From contig OX597826.1 in NCBI GenBank assembly GCA_951406725.2, forward strand, positions 74,896,001 through 74,960,000: 64,000 nucleotides of DNA, given 5' to 3'. A program made the translations under genes and the position numbers. The number at the start of each line of letters is the position of its first letter. Within the stretch, counting starts at the first letter, position 1. Origin of the DNA: Octopus vulgaris. Taxonomy: Eukaryota. The notes beneath the pieces were generated by a model. It saw only the letters and a program-made list of their open reading frames with translations. It did no database searches and was not told the DNA's origin. Below are positions 1 through 12,377 of this stretch, piece after piece.

Positions 1-2749
1 TTACACCTCTTTAGCTGAGAGATTAAATTAAAACATTGCGGTGAGGGAAGAAATCAATAACGATCAAAGTACACACTCTACACACCACAGGCATCACATG
101 TATGTTTAGATTACGTATGTATGCGTGTCACTATATATATATAGAATCGTTTGTAGAAATACATCAATCCGGAGGAGAAGCACTCTAAGATGTAGAGCAG
201 TTAATATTATAGTGCGGTAGGCCGGTTTATGGGGTTAGCCTGGGTTTCTCGCTCCTAAGGGGTTTAGCTTTACAGCGTATCCACAGACCCCAAAATACTG
301 CTGGCCTGAGACCTCCACCCTACATGCACACACGGGTGCATTTAGTTGTGAGTGTGCATGTAACCTGCAAAGTCAAAAGTTTTAGAGATCTTGGAGATGG
401 TCGAACACAACGTGTAGTTTAAGAGTTGAGAGAAACTCTATACTTTGTACGAAATATAAACTATAGATGCACGCGAGACATGCAGTGGGATTACAAACAC
501 AGGGAGAAGAAATATTTTGTGGTAGATGCGAAATAGTTAGTAGTAAGTGCATCCGTACGATGAACTGTATCAAATGCTCGGATGGTCCCGAGGTAAATGT
601 AGGTCTGATAGCTTCCGTAACCTAGGTGACCTAAAAACAAAGATGCTATGTCTCCAAGAGAAGGACAGACTGCATGATGCTTGTGTGGTGTGGTAAACGA
701 AACATGGGCATCGAATAGGAGGGATGGAAGAAGAGAGAAGAAAAAAAGAAACTGAGGCAAATATGTTCCGCAGGATGTGTAATGTTAATGTGTGCATGAA
801 TGAACAACGGAGCAGAAATAGGCTGAAGGGAAACAAACAAAAACTGGGTGACCTAGAATGGACATGTGATTACGAATGCAAAGAAGGCTGACGGTTGGGA
901 CGAAGTGTCGAGTAGACCAAAGTGGAAGGGATGTACGGAAGGGGAACGAGGGAAGACTTAGGATGAAGGGATGAGAACTGGTCTCAGAAGGTTGGACTTC
1001 ACGAAGGCGACGACAAAGGCCTAACAAACAATAAATGGCGAGACACCACTGTTCTAGAGAACGACCCGACCAACAAAAGAGCGCACAGAAAAGCTGGCTT
1101 AAAATTACTATTTATATATATACATACATACATATATATAGTAACCTGCGTAGAGCGATGTATTAAGCTGAATGTCGGTGAGATTTGTATGAAGCTGAGG
1201 TGTAATAGAGTTTGTCCATTGTGCAACTGCGTAAGCAGGAAATAAGCTAAATATTGCACCAACTTGTACAGATAAAGGCACCTGATATTTTAATATTTAA
1301 ACTGGTTTTCAACAGCAAATGCTAATAACAGTCAACTCAACTCTTAATATATGCAGCTTTCTTACACTGGTTTGGTATCAGACATTATTATTATTAAGCC
1401 GACGCGGGGTTTTCTTTTTTTGGTGATTAGGTGTTTTTGGAATGTTGTGGTCTGCATGCGATGTGACGTCACAGGAAAGGTAAAAAAAAAACAACAAAAA
1501 CAAAAAAGAGGCGAAAGTGAAAACACATTTTCAAGGTGACGAACAACGACCAATGTTGACATGAAACAATAATAATACTCTTCTGAACGAATGCCTCCTT
1601 AATATAAAATGTATACATAACAAATGCACGCATACCGATATTTATACATAGAAATACATACTATAATTTATTATAAATTATACTATAATTATATATATAG
1701 TATATATATATATAGTATATATATATATAGTATATATATATATATAGTATAATAAATTATGCTATAATTTTTCTTTTCCTTATACATATAAATATATAAA
1801 CATACATGTAAACACAGACACACATTGAGAGTTACTGTAGCAGATATTTATGCATGCTATATATACATATATATATATATTAGTAAATTATCGAAACAAA
1901 TGTCACGGTTCAATAGAAATGGTGAAGAGAGAGAGAGAAGGAAATGTAGATTACCTTAGATAGGGAGGGTTATAGGAGTGTGGTTGCAATGTCTGCACTC
2001 GAGCGTAGGAGGGAGCCACTGCAGCAGTGGCTGTAGAGAGACCGAGCTGACCCAAGGAGAGTAAAAAAAAGGAGTGTGGAGTGACGGAGCTGTGGTGTCT
2101 GCACTCCAGCGCGGAGGTCAGTTGCAGGAGTGTGGCGGCTGTGGTTGTGGTGGCGGTGGTGGTGGTGTCTGCACGCCAATGTTATGGTGGGAGGGGGTCG
2201 GTACAGGAGTGTGGCTGTGACAACTGCACTCCGAGGGAGAGAGAGAGAGAGAGAGGAGTGGCTGTGACTGTGACTGCACTCCGATGTAGGGGGAGCCACT
2301 GCAGCAATGCTTTAAAGCTCCAGTGTTGTTCTTAACGGCGTTGAAGTTTTAATTCTGAGAAACCCAGTTTCGTAACCGAACGGAATGGAGAGAAGAGAAG
2401 AGAGGAGAGGACGAGAGAAAGAAAGAAAAAAAAGAGGGACTACGAAGACGAGGGAAGCGAAAGAGCGCAGAGTAGAAGACGGAGTGGGAGGGGGGAAACG
2501 ATAAAGAGAGGCTTTATAGAGAGTGGGAGGCGGGGTGGGAGAGAGAGAGAATACTGTGATGTAACAACAGGGCCGAGCGATTAAACGACGATAATGTTTT
2601 ACACATGAAGAGGGAAGAGAGACAAAAGAAAGGATGGCGAGAAAGTGGGGGGGGGAATAAGGGAAGAGGAGGGAAGACACATGAAATCACAGGGGCTTCT
2701 TTACATACCCGAATTTGGATGGCGTATTATATATATATATATATATATA

Positions 2750-3148
2750 CTAGCAGTATCGCACGGCGTTGCTCGGATTTGTAAGGGAAATAACTATATA
2801 AGCATTTTTAGAGAGTTATAGCCAAAAAATAGCAAAAAAATGCATTAAAAATGGAAAAAAATGATGGTAAATTTTTTTTTTAAATCGTTGACTCATGGTA
2901 GACATTTTTAGAGAGTTACTTCCCTTATATAATAGCGAAAAAATGCATTAAAATGGAAAAAAATGATGGTAAATTATTTTTTAAATCGTAGACTCATCGT
3001 AGACGTGCGCTAATACCCAGAAGTGCTCAATATGAATCACGACTAATAAGATACCCGGTTTTGGTTAAACTGCACCGCAAAATGTGGGAGTAGTTAGGAA
3101 TCTAAATCGTAGGAGACAGACACATAACTTCTCTTTTATATATAAAGA
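2750..3148 (-). mobile_element. Non-autonomous Helitron
   Basis: On the minus strand: A|TCTTTATATATAAAA ... ccgagcaacgccgtgcgatactgCTAG|T; 3' part shared with the 51427-51798 copy. Confidence 0.8.
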
Positions 3149-3886
3149 TATATATCCTGTTGTTGTTGATGATGATGATGATGATGATGTTGTTGTATTC
3201 TACCACTCTCCTTTATTTCCCTCCTCTCCATCATTCTCCCACTTCAAAAACACACACGCACGCATACATACACTCATGCACACACACACAGAGGTAAATA
3301 AAAAGTGGGATGCGATCCTTATCAGTTTATCAGCCAGGTGTATAATGAGACAGAGGGAGAGGCTAAAGTTTTTGGTGAGGTAAGATTACAAAATGAGGTA
3401 CGAGAGTTCGATCCCAGCGCTGGGATCAAAGGAAATAATTGTCATCAGTTGCCAGTTCGATAACTGCTCCTCCTCCGCCACCACCATCGTCATCATCTTC
3501 TTTCAACACAGGGGAGTTTCTACATGGTCGTTCAACCCGCTAGAAATAGCTACCAAATCTCCTTCAAATCATCTCTTCTATCTTTACAAAATGACAGGAT
3601 ACATTATGTACTGCAGTCCTTCATATTCCTAACAAAATGAGATGGTCATGCATGGAATGTCTCTGATCATGGGTCAGCTCAATCAGTGAAGACCTACAGT
3701 TAAACAACAACATCGACCACAACCAAAGTCAGAAAACAAACCACAACAACAAAAAAAGAGAATCTCCACATGGCTTGATATGCTAGAAATAGCATGTGGT
3801 TAACAAGCTGACTTTGCAACCACTTGGCTTCAGGTTCAATACCACAGCACAGCACCTTATATATATATATATATATATATATAAAG

Positions 3887-4132
3887 GTACATGGCTCAGT
3901 GGTTAGAGCGTCAGGCTTACAATCCTGAGGTAGTGAGTTTGATTCCCAGACCAGGCTGTGTGTTGTGTGTCCTTGAGCAAGACACTTTATTTCATGTTGC
4001 TCTAGTTCATTCAGCTGTAGAAATGAGTTGTGATGTCACTGGTGCCAAGCTGCATCGGCCCCTTTGCCTTTCCCTTGGATAACATCTGTGGCACAGAGAC
4101 GGGAGGCTGGTGTGCATGAGCGACTACTGGTC
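3887..4132 (+). mobile_element. Second tRNA-derived SINE family; other copies near 14395-14720 (-), 15200-15440 (-), 20483-20730, 25905-26225 and 32988-33320
   Basis: A box tggctcagtggttagagc, B-box-like gagtttgattcc, body ccttgagcaagacactttatttc...cagctgtagaaatgagt. Confidence 0.75.
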
Positions 4133-4184
4133 AATGATATCTTCGCAAATTATTTTTTTTGTGAATTATTTGCTACATATTGAT

Positions 4185-4365
4185 GGCACGTAAAAAGCAC
4201 CCACTACACTCACGGAGTGGTTGGCGTTAGGAAGGGCATCCAGCTGTAGAAACATTGCCAGATAAGACCGGAGCCTGGTGCAGCCTTCTGGCTTCCCAGA
4301 TCCCCGGCCGAACCGTCCAACCCATGCTAGCATGGAGAACGGACGTTAAACGATGATGATGATGA

Positions 4366-4368
<3 letters not shown>
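4185..4368 (+). mobile_element. Short RTE-tail element (SINE or 5'-truncated LINE) ending in (GAT)n; representative of many copies (e.g. 8228, 21475, 22800, 42445, 45060, 49890, 56030, 56995, 60875)
   Basis: ttaggaagggcatccagctgtagaaac...cccatgctagcatgg...ggacgttaaacgatgatgatg matches the RTE 3' UTR at 16126-16320. Confidence 0.8.
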
Positions 4369-4414
<46 letters not shown>

Positions 4415-4653
4415 TCATATATATAGAATTTAGAGACAAATTGCTATTTAGTTATTCAATCAATACTGAAACGATATAATCTCTATAATACCCACAAAAG
4501 GCATTTAATAGCTGAAGGATTAAAATTAATCAAAGGACATACTAAGTATGTATACCTGCTGGAAATAACAGTCAAAACTCCTTTGGCGATTTAAATAAGA
4601 GCTTTGACTGTTATTTCCAGCAGGTAGACATACTTTGTATGCCCTTTGATTAA

Positions 4654-4705
<52 letters not shown>

Positions 4706-4916
4706 TTTATAAAAAATATGGTAAAGTAAAAAAATTCACTTTACCACACACCGAACTTTTCAGAAATAGCAGCCAAAAATTTGGCTATTATTTTTTTACT
4801 TTACCATATTTTTATAAATTAATACTTCAAATATACCGTAAATGGTCTTTACATACCGAATACTGCTTGGTCGAATTTATTAACAATTAATTAATTCTAC
4901 CCCTTTTTTTGATGAC

Positions 4917-4947
<31 letters not shown>

Positions 4948-6541
4948 AATTATGATTATGGTGATGATATGTATACGTGTGTGCTTTTGTGTCAGAGTTT
5001 GTTCTCACCCATTGATGTTTAACAACCAGTGTTGGTTTATATACATTCCCCATAACCTACTGGCTCAGCAAAAGAGACTATCAGAATAAGTACCAGACTT
5101 AGAAAGAAAAAAATTAAGTAGAGGAGCTGATCTGTTCGACTAAAACCCTTCAGGGTGGTGCCCCAGCATGGCCACAGTCTGATGACAGAACAATAAAGCA
5201 CACCTTGAAGTCTTAGGGACACAGGAGACAATATGCTGCTACGTACACTATGTCCTGAAAAAGCAAAAAAAAACAAGACAGTCATGGCTGGAATGCCTCC
5301 GATCACAAGTCATGGTAATTTGCTGCAGGCGTGAAACTCTGCATCGAACAACTAAACAAGGAAGTAACAAAGGAAGTAAACAACAGGAAACCAGAAAACT
5401 GAGAAACACATGTGAAACATAAGCCGTAGAGTATAACTGTGAAATAATATACAGAATGATTAGCAGCAGCATCAACAGCAACGCAGCACATCTTTTCACA
5501 ACCACCACAAATTCTACACCCACGCTGTAAAATACAGAAAGCTCTTTTATCAGATCATCATCACCCTTTAACATCTGCCTGCCACGCTGTCATGGGTTGG
5601 ATGGTTTGACAGGAGCTGGCAAGCCAGAGGACTGCACTGGGCTCTGCTGTCTGTTTTTGCATGGTTTTCATGATTGGATGCCCTTCTTAACGCTGACCAC
5701 TTTACAGAGAGGGCTGGGTGCCTGTTACGTGGCACAACACTGGCAAGGTTTGCTTGGCATGGTTTTCATGATTGGATGCCCTTCTTAATGCTGACCACTT
5801 CACAGAGAGGGGCAGGGTGCCTGTTACGTGGCACAACACTGGCAATGTCTGTTTGGCATGGTTTTCACAGCTGAATGCTCTTCCTAACATCGACCCCTTC
5901 ACAGAGTGGACTGGGTGCTTTTCATGTGGCACCTGCATGGTAAGGACTGTTCAGCAGGGTTTTTACAGCTGGATGCCCTTCTTAATGCCAACCATTTTAC
6001 AGAATGGACTGGGTACTTTTTAAGTGGCACCGGCACCAGCAAAGTCTAGTTTTTACAGCCAGATGCCCTTCTTGAAAAATCTATCACCAAAAAAAAAAAA
6101 AAAAAAAAAAAATCATACAAAAACCATTATTTTGAACCCTTTCTTCCACCAGAATCTGCACCCCCACCAAAAGATATATATATAAATAAGCAATAAGGGG
6201 ATCTAAAAACTCAAAAGCTTAAAACCAGACAAAATCACAAAAATATACCTGAAATACTTAAGGCCTGAAGAATTACTACACTCACCAATAACTATGCTAC
6301 TGATACGAACACTGTCAATTCCTAGAATCTGGAAGCTAAGTAAAATCATAACATTTCTAAGGCCCAACAAAATCCCAACTGAAGTAACATCACACCCCTT
6401 CTAAGCACAGCCTCATGTGCTTTTCCAAATCATAACATGGATCTGGAATGCTTAGCCACTTTACTGTTCATTTCAACCTAACATAGAGGTTACACGACAG
6501 CTTCAACAACAGAAAATAAACCTTCCATATGTATGTGTAAA

Positions 6542-7620
6542 CAGAAGCGAACAAAAAAGGGAAGATCAATACTTTTTTTAAATTTCTGAAAAGCTAGTAA
6601 ACACACAAATTCGCAATTGGTTTCATAAATACGGTTAACCATCAGCTAAATTCTGTGAAAAACCTAAGTTGGTACAATGGTCTTAATAAAAGTTAATAAC
6701 ACTAACACTAGTTCCATCCAAATGTCTCACATGCAAAATAAGAGAACAATGAGACCAAAAAATGCTTCAATTGACTCAAAACGATAAAAATGAATTAAAG
6801 AAATGTAAATAGGAACTTAATACAATTAGTGTGATGTTGGTAGACCTTTGTTGGAGCTCACCTCTGCACATCAATTGCCACAAGACATAACAAGTTTCCT
6901 ACACAAGTCAGGTGTTACTTTCTTCCATTCCTCTTCTAATATCTCCCATAAATTCGTCGTAGTAAGTAGTCGGTGCCCTTTATGTTACTTTGTCTCCAAG
7001 TATCTTCCAAAGGTTTTCAATTGGGTTCAAGTCTGGACTTTGTGTTGGCCACTTCATTGCTTGGATATTTTGTTCTCTAAAGAATCCAGTGACACGTTTT
7101 GCAGTATGACAAGGGGGGTAATCTTGCATGAAAATGCACAGCTGATTCAGAAATGCTTGTAATGATGGGATCACAGGCTGTCTAACCAAATTCAAATAGA
7201 TATTAGCATTAATAATCCCTTTAATCTGCACTAGAGGACCAACTCCTTCAGAAGAAATCATTACCCACACCATGACAACTTCCTCCTCCAAACTTGGCAG
7301 ACTTCTTCAGCCTTTGGATTTTAGCCGATCTCCTCTGAAGCGCCTGACATACTCTCTACCATCTGAACCTACTACAATGTTTGAAATTTCCAGAAATTTC
7401 TGAAGGAATCTAATCATTCTCTTATTTTGCACATGAGACATTTGGACAAAACTAATGTATGTGTTATTAACTTTTATTAAGACCATAGTAAAATCTTAGG
7501 TTTTCCCCATAATTTAGCTAACAGTTTAACTGTATTTACGAAACCAATTACGAATTTGTACATTCACAAGCTTTTCCAACATTTAAAAAAATATTAATTG
7601 TTCTCTTTTTTAGCTTGCTA

Positions 7621-7623
<3 letters not shown>
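6542..7623 (-). mobile_element. Internally deleted Tc1-family element with about 200-bp terminal inverted repeats
   Basis: 6542-6750 is inverted relative to about 7410-7623; transposase remnant FMQDYPPCH...WPTQSPDLNPIENLW (6980-7291). Confidence 0.88.
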
Positions 7624-7658
<35 letters not shown>

Positions 7659-8568
7659 TTAAAATAAATTCAGTACAAGGAAAACCAATTTTTGTATATA
7701 CACACACACATTGGATTGGATTGGATTGCCTATGTTCAGTCAACTGCAGGATGAAGGCCTCAGCATATTCTTTCCACCAACTGCAGTCTGATGAGGGGGC
7801 CATGAACTTGAGTTTCAGATTATACTGGTTCGATGAGCTTACTCAGCCACACTGGCTCATAATGGCTCGGCAGAGGGGTGTAATTTTTTTTTTATACTCT
7901 TACCCAGGATTAGTATACTCTTATCCAGGAGTAGTTATTACATTGACCCCAGTGCTCAACTGGTACTTATTTTATCAACTCCGAAAGGATAAAAGGCAAA
8001 GTCGGCCTCAGCAGAATTTGAACTCAGAATGTATGAATGGACGAAATACTGTGAAGCATTTCGCCTGGTGTGCTAACAATTCAGCCACCTCAACACCCTA
8101 ATTACATTTTACATATTTTTATTTACATATCACATATTTTTAGATATTAAGAAAATCTTAAACGTAGGAGAATAATTGTGAAAACAGCTTTAGAAAATTG
8201 GGTAAAGTATCCCTATAAACAGAAAAGGCGTTGGGAAGAGCATCAAGCTGTAGAAACCTTGCCAGATTGGATTGGAGTAGCCTTCTGGCTTGCCAGTCTT
8301 CAGTCAAACCGTCCAACCCATGCCAGCATGGAAGGCGGACGTTAAACGATGATGATGATGATGATGATGACGAATGCCTTGCATTAGTTGAAAGCTTTTA
8401 GGAGTGGTCTATATTTTCAGCTAAGCTAATCAGTTACGAAGAATTATCTCCCTTGGCTCTTAAACTGCCTGCATTACTACAAACAGTTCAGCCGGTGTGT
8501 AATTCAAGTAAATTAAAATAACACAAATATTTGACAAAGCCACATGGAAGTCAGACACAGTAACTCAC

Positions 8569-8607
8569 CATTAAAAATCCAAGGCATTTCATATACCAGC
8601 ATTAATC
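8569..8607 (-). CDS. MOSPD2: MOSPD2-like internal exon, 39 nt
   Basis: ttcttacag| ... |gtgagt; (G)LMLVYEMPWIFN, cf. MOSPD2 IVIFDMPWLMN; downstream exons not found in 1-8568. Confidence 0.9.
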
Positions 8608-9090
8608 CTGTAAGAAACATAAAGAAATACAACTTAGATTAAAGGGAACGAGGTAGAAATAGTTAGAAAGAAAACAAACTTTCTTTTACCATTAGGATTC
8701 TTTAAAGCTAGCGAAAAATACATTAGTTACAATAAAAAGTAATCCCTTTTTAGCTTTAAAATATTCCTACAAAACACCACAGCAATATAATACAGTTTGA
8801 TCCCACATGAGGATCCTTAAAGATTGTACCAACAGTGTAATCCATAAAAAATTAATCCAACAGTATGACCCCTAAAAACCACTCCAATTATTACAATACA
8901 GTTTGACCATTATAAATTACCCCTGTGTTACAATACAATGTGGTTGGTATATATTACCCATGACCCTTAAGAATTAATAAACATGATCACTAACCATGTA
9001 TAGGTTAAGGAAAACAGAAGGATAGAAGTTATTTCTTTGTCGAAGTTAATTGTTAACAAACCCCATGTCGTTAAGACAGAAAATACTCAC

Positions 9091-9151
9091 CTAAAATACA
9101 TGGGTAGTTAGATTTGAAACAGTTTATGCAAAATCTGATGAAGTCCATGTC
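9091..9151 (-). CDS. MOSPD2: MOSPD2-like internal exon, 61 nt
   Basis: atttcag| ... |gtgagt; DMDFIRFCINCFKSNYPCIL, cf. MOSPD2 DMDFVRFIINCFKVYYPKYL. Confidence 0.93.
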
Positions 9152-9309
9152 CTGAAATGATATTGAGATATCATGTAGGATCGTTTGCAACAATATAGTG
9201 GTAACAAGCCCCACTCTTTCTCTCTCGACTATTTATAATCAAGCAACCCTCACCTTATTCACACAAACTGCTGCCTCCACCATGTTTGGCATTAAACACA
9301 CACTGAACA

Positions 9310-9930
9310 GAAATAGACAGCTACAAAACAGTTACTGAACAAATATAAACAGCAGCAAAACAGATACTTAACAGTTTAAACCACAAATCAAACAAAACAG
9401 ATATTGAGCAGAAGTCAACAGTAACAGAAATGGATGCTTAACAGATGTAGACACCAACGAAACAGATATTTTTAACACATAGTAACAAAACAGATATTGA
9501 ATACATGTAGAGAGCAACAAAAATAGATAATTAACAGATTATCCAGTAACAAAACAGATACTTAACAGTTTAAACCACAAAGCAACAAAACAGATATTGA
9601 GCAGATGTCAACAGTAACAGAAACAGATGTTTAACAGATGCAGACACCAACAAAACAGATCTTTTTAACACATAGTAACAAAACAGATATGGAATACATG
9701 TAGAGAGCAACAAAATAGATAATTAACAGATTATCCAGTAACAAAACAGATACTTAACAGTTTAAACCACAAAGCAACAAAACAGATATTGAGCAGATGT
9801 CAACAGTAACAGAAACAGATGCTTAACAGATGTAGACCAACAAAACAGATCTTTTTAACACATAGTAACAAAACAGATATGGAATACATGTAGAGAGCAA
9901 CAAAACAGATATTTAACAGATGTATACTGA
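9310..9930. repeat. Intronic tandem repeat: about 3 copies of a 190-195-bp unit built from about 31-bp aacaaaacagat subunits
   Basis: cagatacttaacagtttaaaccacaaa recurs near 9361, 9557 and 9747. Confidence 0.88.
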
Positions 9931-10028
9931 AACAAAAGACAGATAATGGCTGATGCCAGCCGTCTGAAACCCGATTGAAATTACCTGAGGTAGCAAAAAA
10001 TAAAGAGAAAATCACAAAAGGGAATTAC

Positions 10029-10186
10029 CAAATTCGCAAGCCCAGCACCATCCATATCAAACAACAGCATTAGTGGTTCACCAGGGTTTTCTTGAAAGGC
10101 TTTTTCTATGTGCCAAGCAAAGAATTTTTTCACCGTCAGCAGATAGTGGCTGTCACCTTTGCGGTGCAATTTAACTTGGGTGATCA
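10029..10186 (-). CDS. MOSPD2: MOSPD2-like internal exon, 158 nt (CRAL-TRIO core)
   Basis: gtttgcag| ... |gtaatt; (L)ITQVKLHRKGDSHYLLTVKKFFAWHIEKAFQENPGEPLMLLFDMDGAGLANL, with the Sec14-type hhFDhxGxGhxN motif. Confidence 0.92.
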
Positions 10187-10939
10187 CTGCAAACAAAACA
10201 GAATTTACTTCAACAAAATAATGCTATCAGATATTTACAGATAATTCTTACATACATCTCTATTTTTTCGTTCTTTTAATCCACTGGTAGACAGTATCAA
10301 CCAGTAGAATTTGTTGTTGAGACAGAAAAGAATTTCTAACTTATGAAATTGTCTATATTGTGTAATGAATTCACTAAATATTTGAAATAATTTATCAACT
10401 TTAAAATCCCTTTTCAATAGCACAATCTACACAAGCAGTTCTCAACCGTAGCCCTCAAGCATCCTTTCTGGTGACCCTTGAAAGTCTTCTTTCTATGATT
10501 ATAATAAATTTCTCTTTAATTGAGTTGTGCTTTATTTTTATTGGTGCAGCCCTCTCAAAAATTCCAGGTTTTGGATTTGCCCGAGATATTAAAAATATTG
10601 AGAACCACTGGCCTAACGAGTTAACTTTTTATATACAGCAGTATACACAATCATAAAAGCTTTCAGGTGCAACAGTTTATATAAGCAGAGTCCTTTTTTT
10701 GATAGAACAATGCATATAAATACATCTTTGATACAGCAGTCCACAGCAGTATAATCTCTTTTGATATAACACTTTAAATAAATATAGCTCTGTTTTGTTT
10801 TTTTATATATAAAGGATGTGTTCACTGGGCCTTTTTAACAGAATAGTCTAAACAAATCCTTTGTGTGAAGTACAATTTCTTCATCAACATCTATTAAAGT
10901 GAGTAACGAATTCAGATGGCAGAAAGCATCAATGTTAGT

Positions 10940-11680
10940 AATAATAATAGTAACGAAATTATTGTATACAGTGCTCAGGTGCACCAGAACTCGTCAAAAG
11001 TGCGTTTAAAGCATATGCAGTAATGAACAAATGTCTGGAAAGCGAACAGTGTAGGAGTCAGATACATGCTTGTGTGTGTATGGAGGGGAGAAAATCAGGT
11101 GTAGTGTTGGCGAATCTCAGGAAGCATGGAAGTTTTGAAGGATGCAGTGCTCCAACAACTAACAACTGATGTTGGCAGTTTGTTCCATACTTCGGCAACT
11201 CTTAGTATGAAAAAATGTTTCCGAAAGTCATGGGAGCTGTGCTGTTTTCTGACTTTGTAAACATGTCCATGGGTGTTAGATGGGTGGAGTTTGAAAAAGT
11301 GCTGAGAGTTAGTGTTAGTAAGATGGTTAATAATTTTATGGGTGTCTACCAAGTCAGCAGCCAGGCATTGGAGTTTCAATGTATTCATGCCCAAGGAAGT
11401 AAGGCATTCAGAATATGGCAAATGCCTGATGGAGGGTGTTCTCTTGGCGGCACGTTGCTGAATGGTTTCCAGATGATTAATATCCTGGGCAAGATAGGGG
11501 TTCCAGACCGGTGATGCAAATTCCAGATGAGACTGCACCATAGATATATAAAGCCTCAGATAGATAGCTGGAGAGCAGCTCACAAAGGACTTGGTAAATG
11601 ATGCCAAGACACCCTCAGCCTTCTTGGCAATTTTAGCAATGTGTTTTGTCCAATGCAAATCACAGTAAATGACCACTCAT
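10940..11680 (-). mobile_element. 5'-truncated CR1-clade LINE (end of ORF2 plus 3' UTR)
   Basis: LYISMVQSHLEFASPVWNPYL...LETIQQRAAK...GHVYKV...RKHFFILRVAEVWNKLP. Confidence 0.85.
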
Positions 11681-12290
11681 TGGTCAAAGTTGAATATATT
11701 CTATCCTAAAACACCTCTAGTCTCTTCCAAACGCTTAGCATTGCAATGATATTCACATGACATGCCCTACTCTGTGGTCTGAAGAATCTTTCGTCAGTCT
11801 ACACTCAGAGTTCAACTCAGAAAAGATTATGCTGGTACCCACATAGTTTTGGTTTCCAAATCTTCTTGCAACATTTCAGAAGAATTCTGACTAATGACTA
11901 ATTAGATAATATTAATCAGAAATTAGGATATTTGCTAATCCAGATGTTCATTTATTCTAATGCCAAAAAGATATCTAACAAACCAAAATATTCTTTGTTT
12001 TACATTCAAATTCCTGAAGTGTGACCATTAAACCATTCCAGTCCTGATTTGGGTATTCACCAGGAGCCAAATATATTAGTTCAGCCAATCTCCACAATGC
12101 TCCATCTTGACAAAACAGCTCAAGAGAATCCTAATTATTTAAATATAAATCTGATTTAACTCAGATATATCATAAAAAATGGCACGGCAGCAACAGAAAG
12201 GCACAAAACCAGTAGTAATTGAACATTTTGCTTAACATAAAACATCAGATAATTCCAGAAGTATTTGTTAAAATAATGGAATCTACTCAC

Positions 12291-12377
12291 AGACTTTGTG
12301 TCCATCTTTGTCTGTATTATGGAAAAATATTGCACGTTGTTCCCACATTTTATCATCAAAGGTATCGTCCGATAAAT
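12291..12377 (-). CDS. MOSPD2: MOSPD2-like internal exon, 87 nt
   Basis: ttgctttcag| ... |gtgagt; (D)LSDDTFDDKMWEQRAIFFHNTDKDGHKV, cf. MOSPD2 IYLHGYDKEGNKL; phases match both neighbouring exons. Confidence 0.9.

Noticed and set aside
6296-6331. 36-nt phase-compatible cassette (GIDSVRISSIVI) with a gtgagt donor as the next MOSPD2 exon
   Set aside because: No similarity to the expected AAxKIVKxWL continuation; could be chance
7787-7830. CTGATGA motif as another hammerhead
   Set aside because: No stem II closed by GAAA downstream
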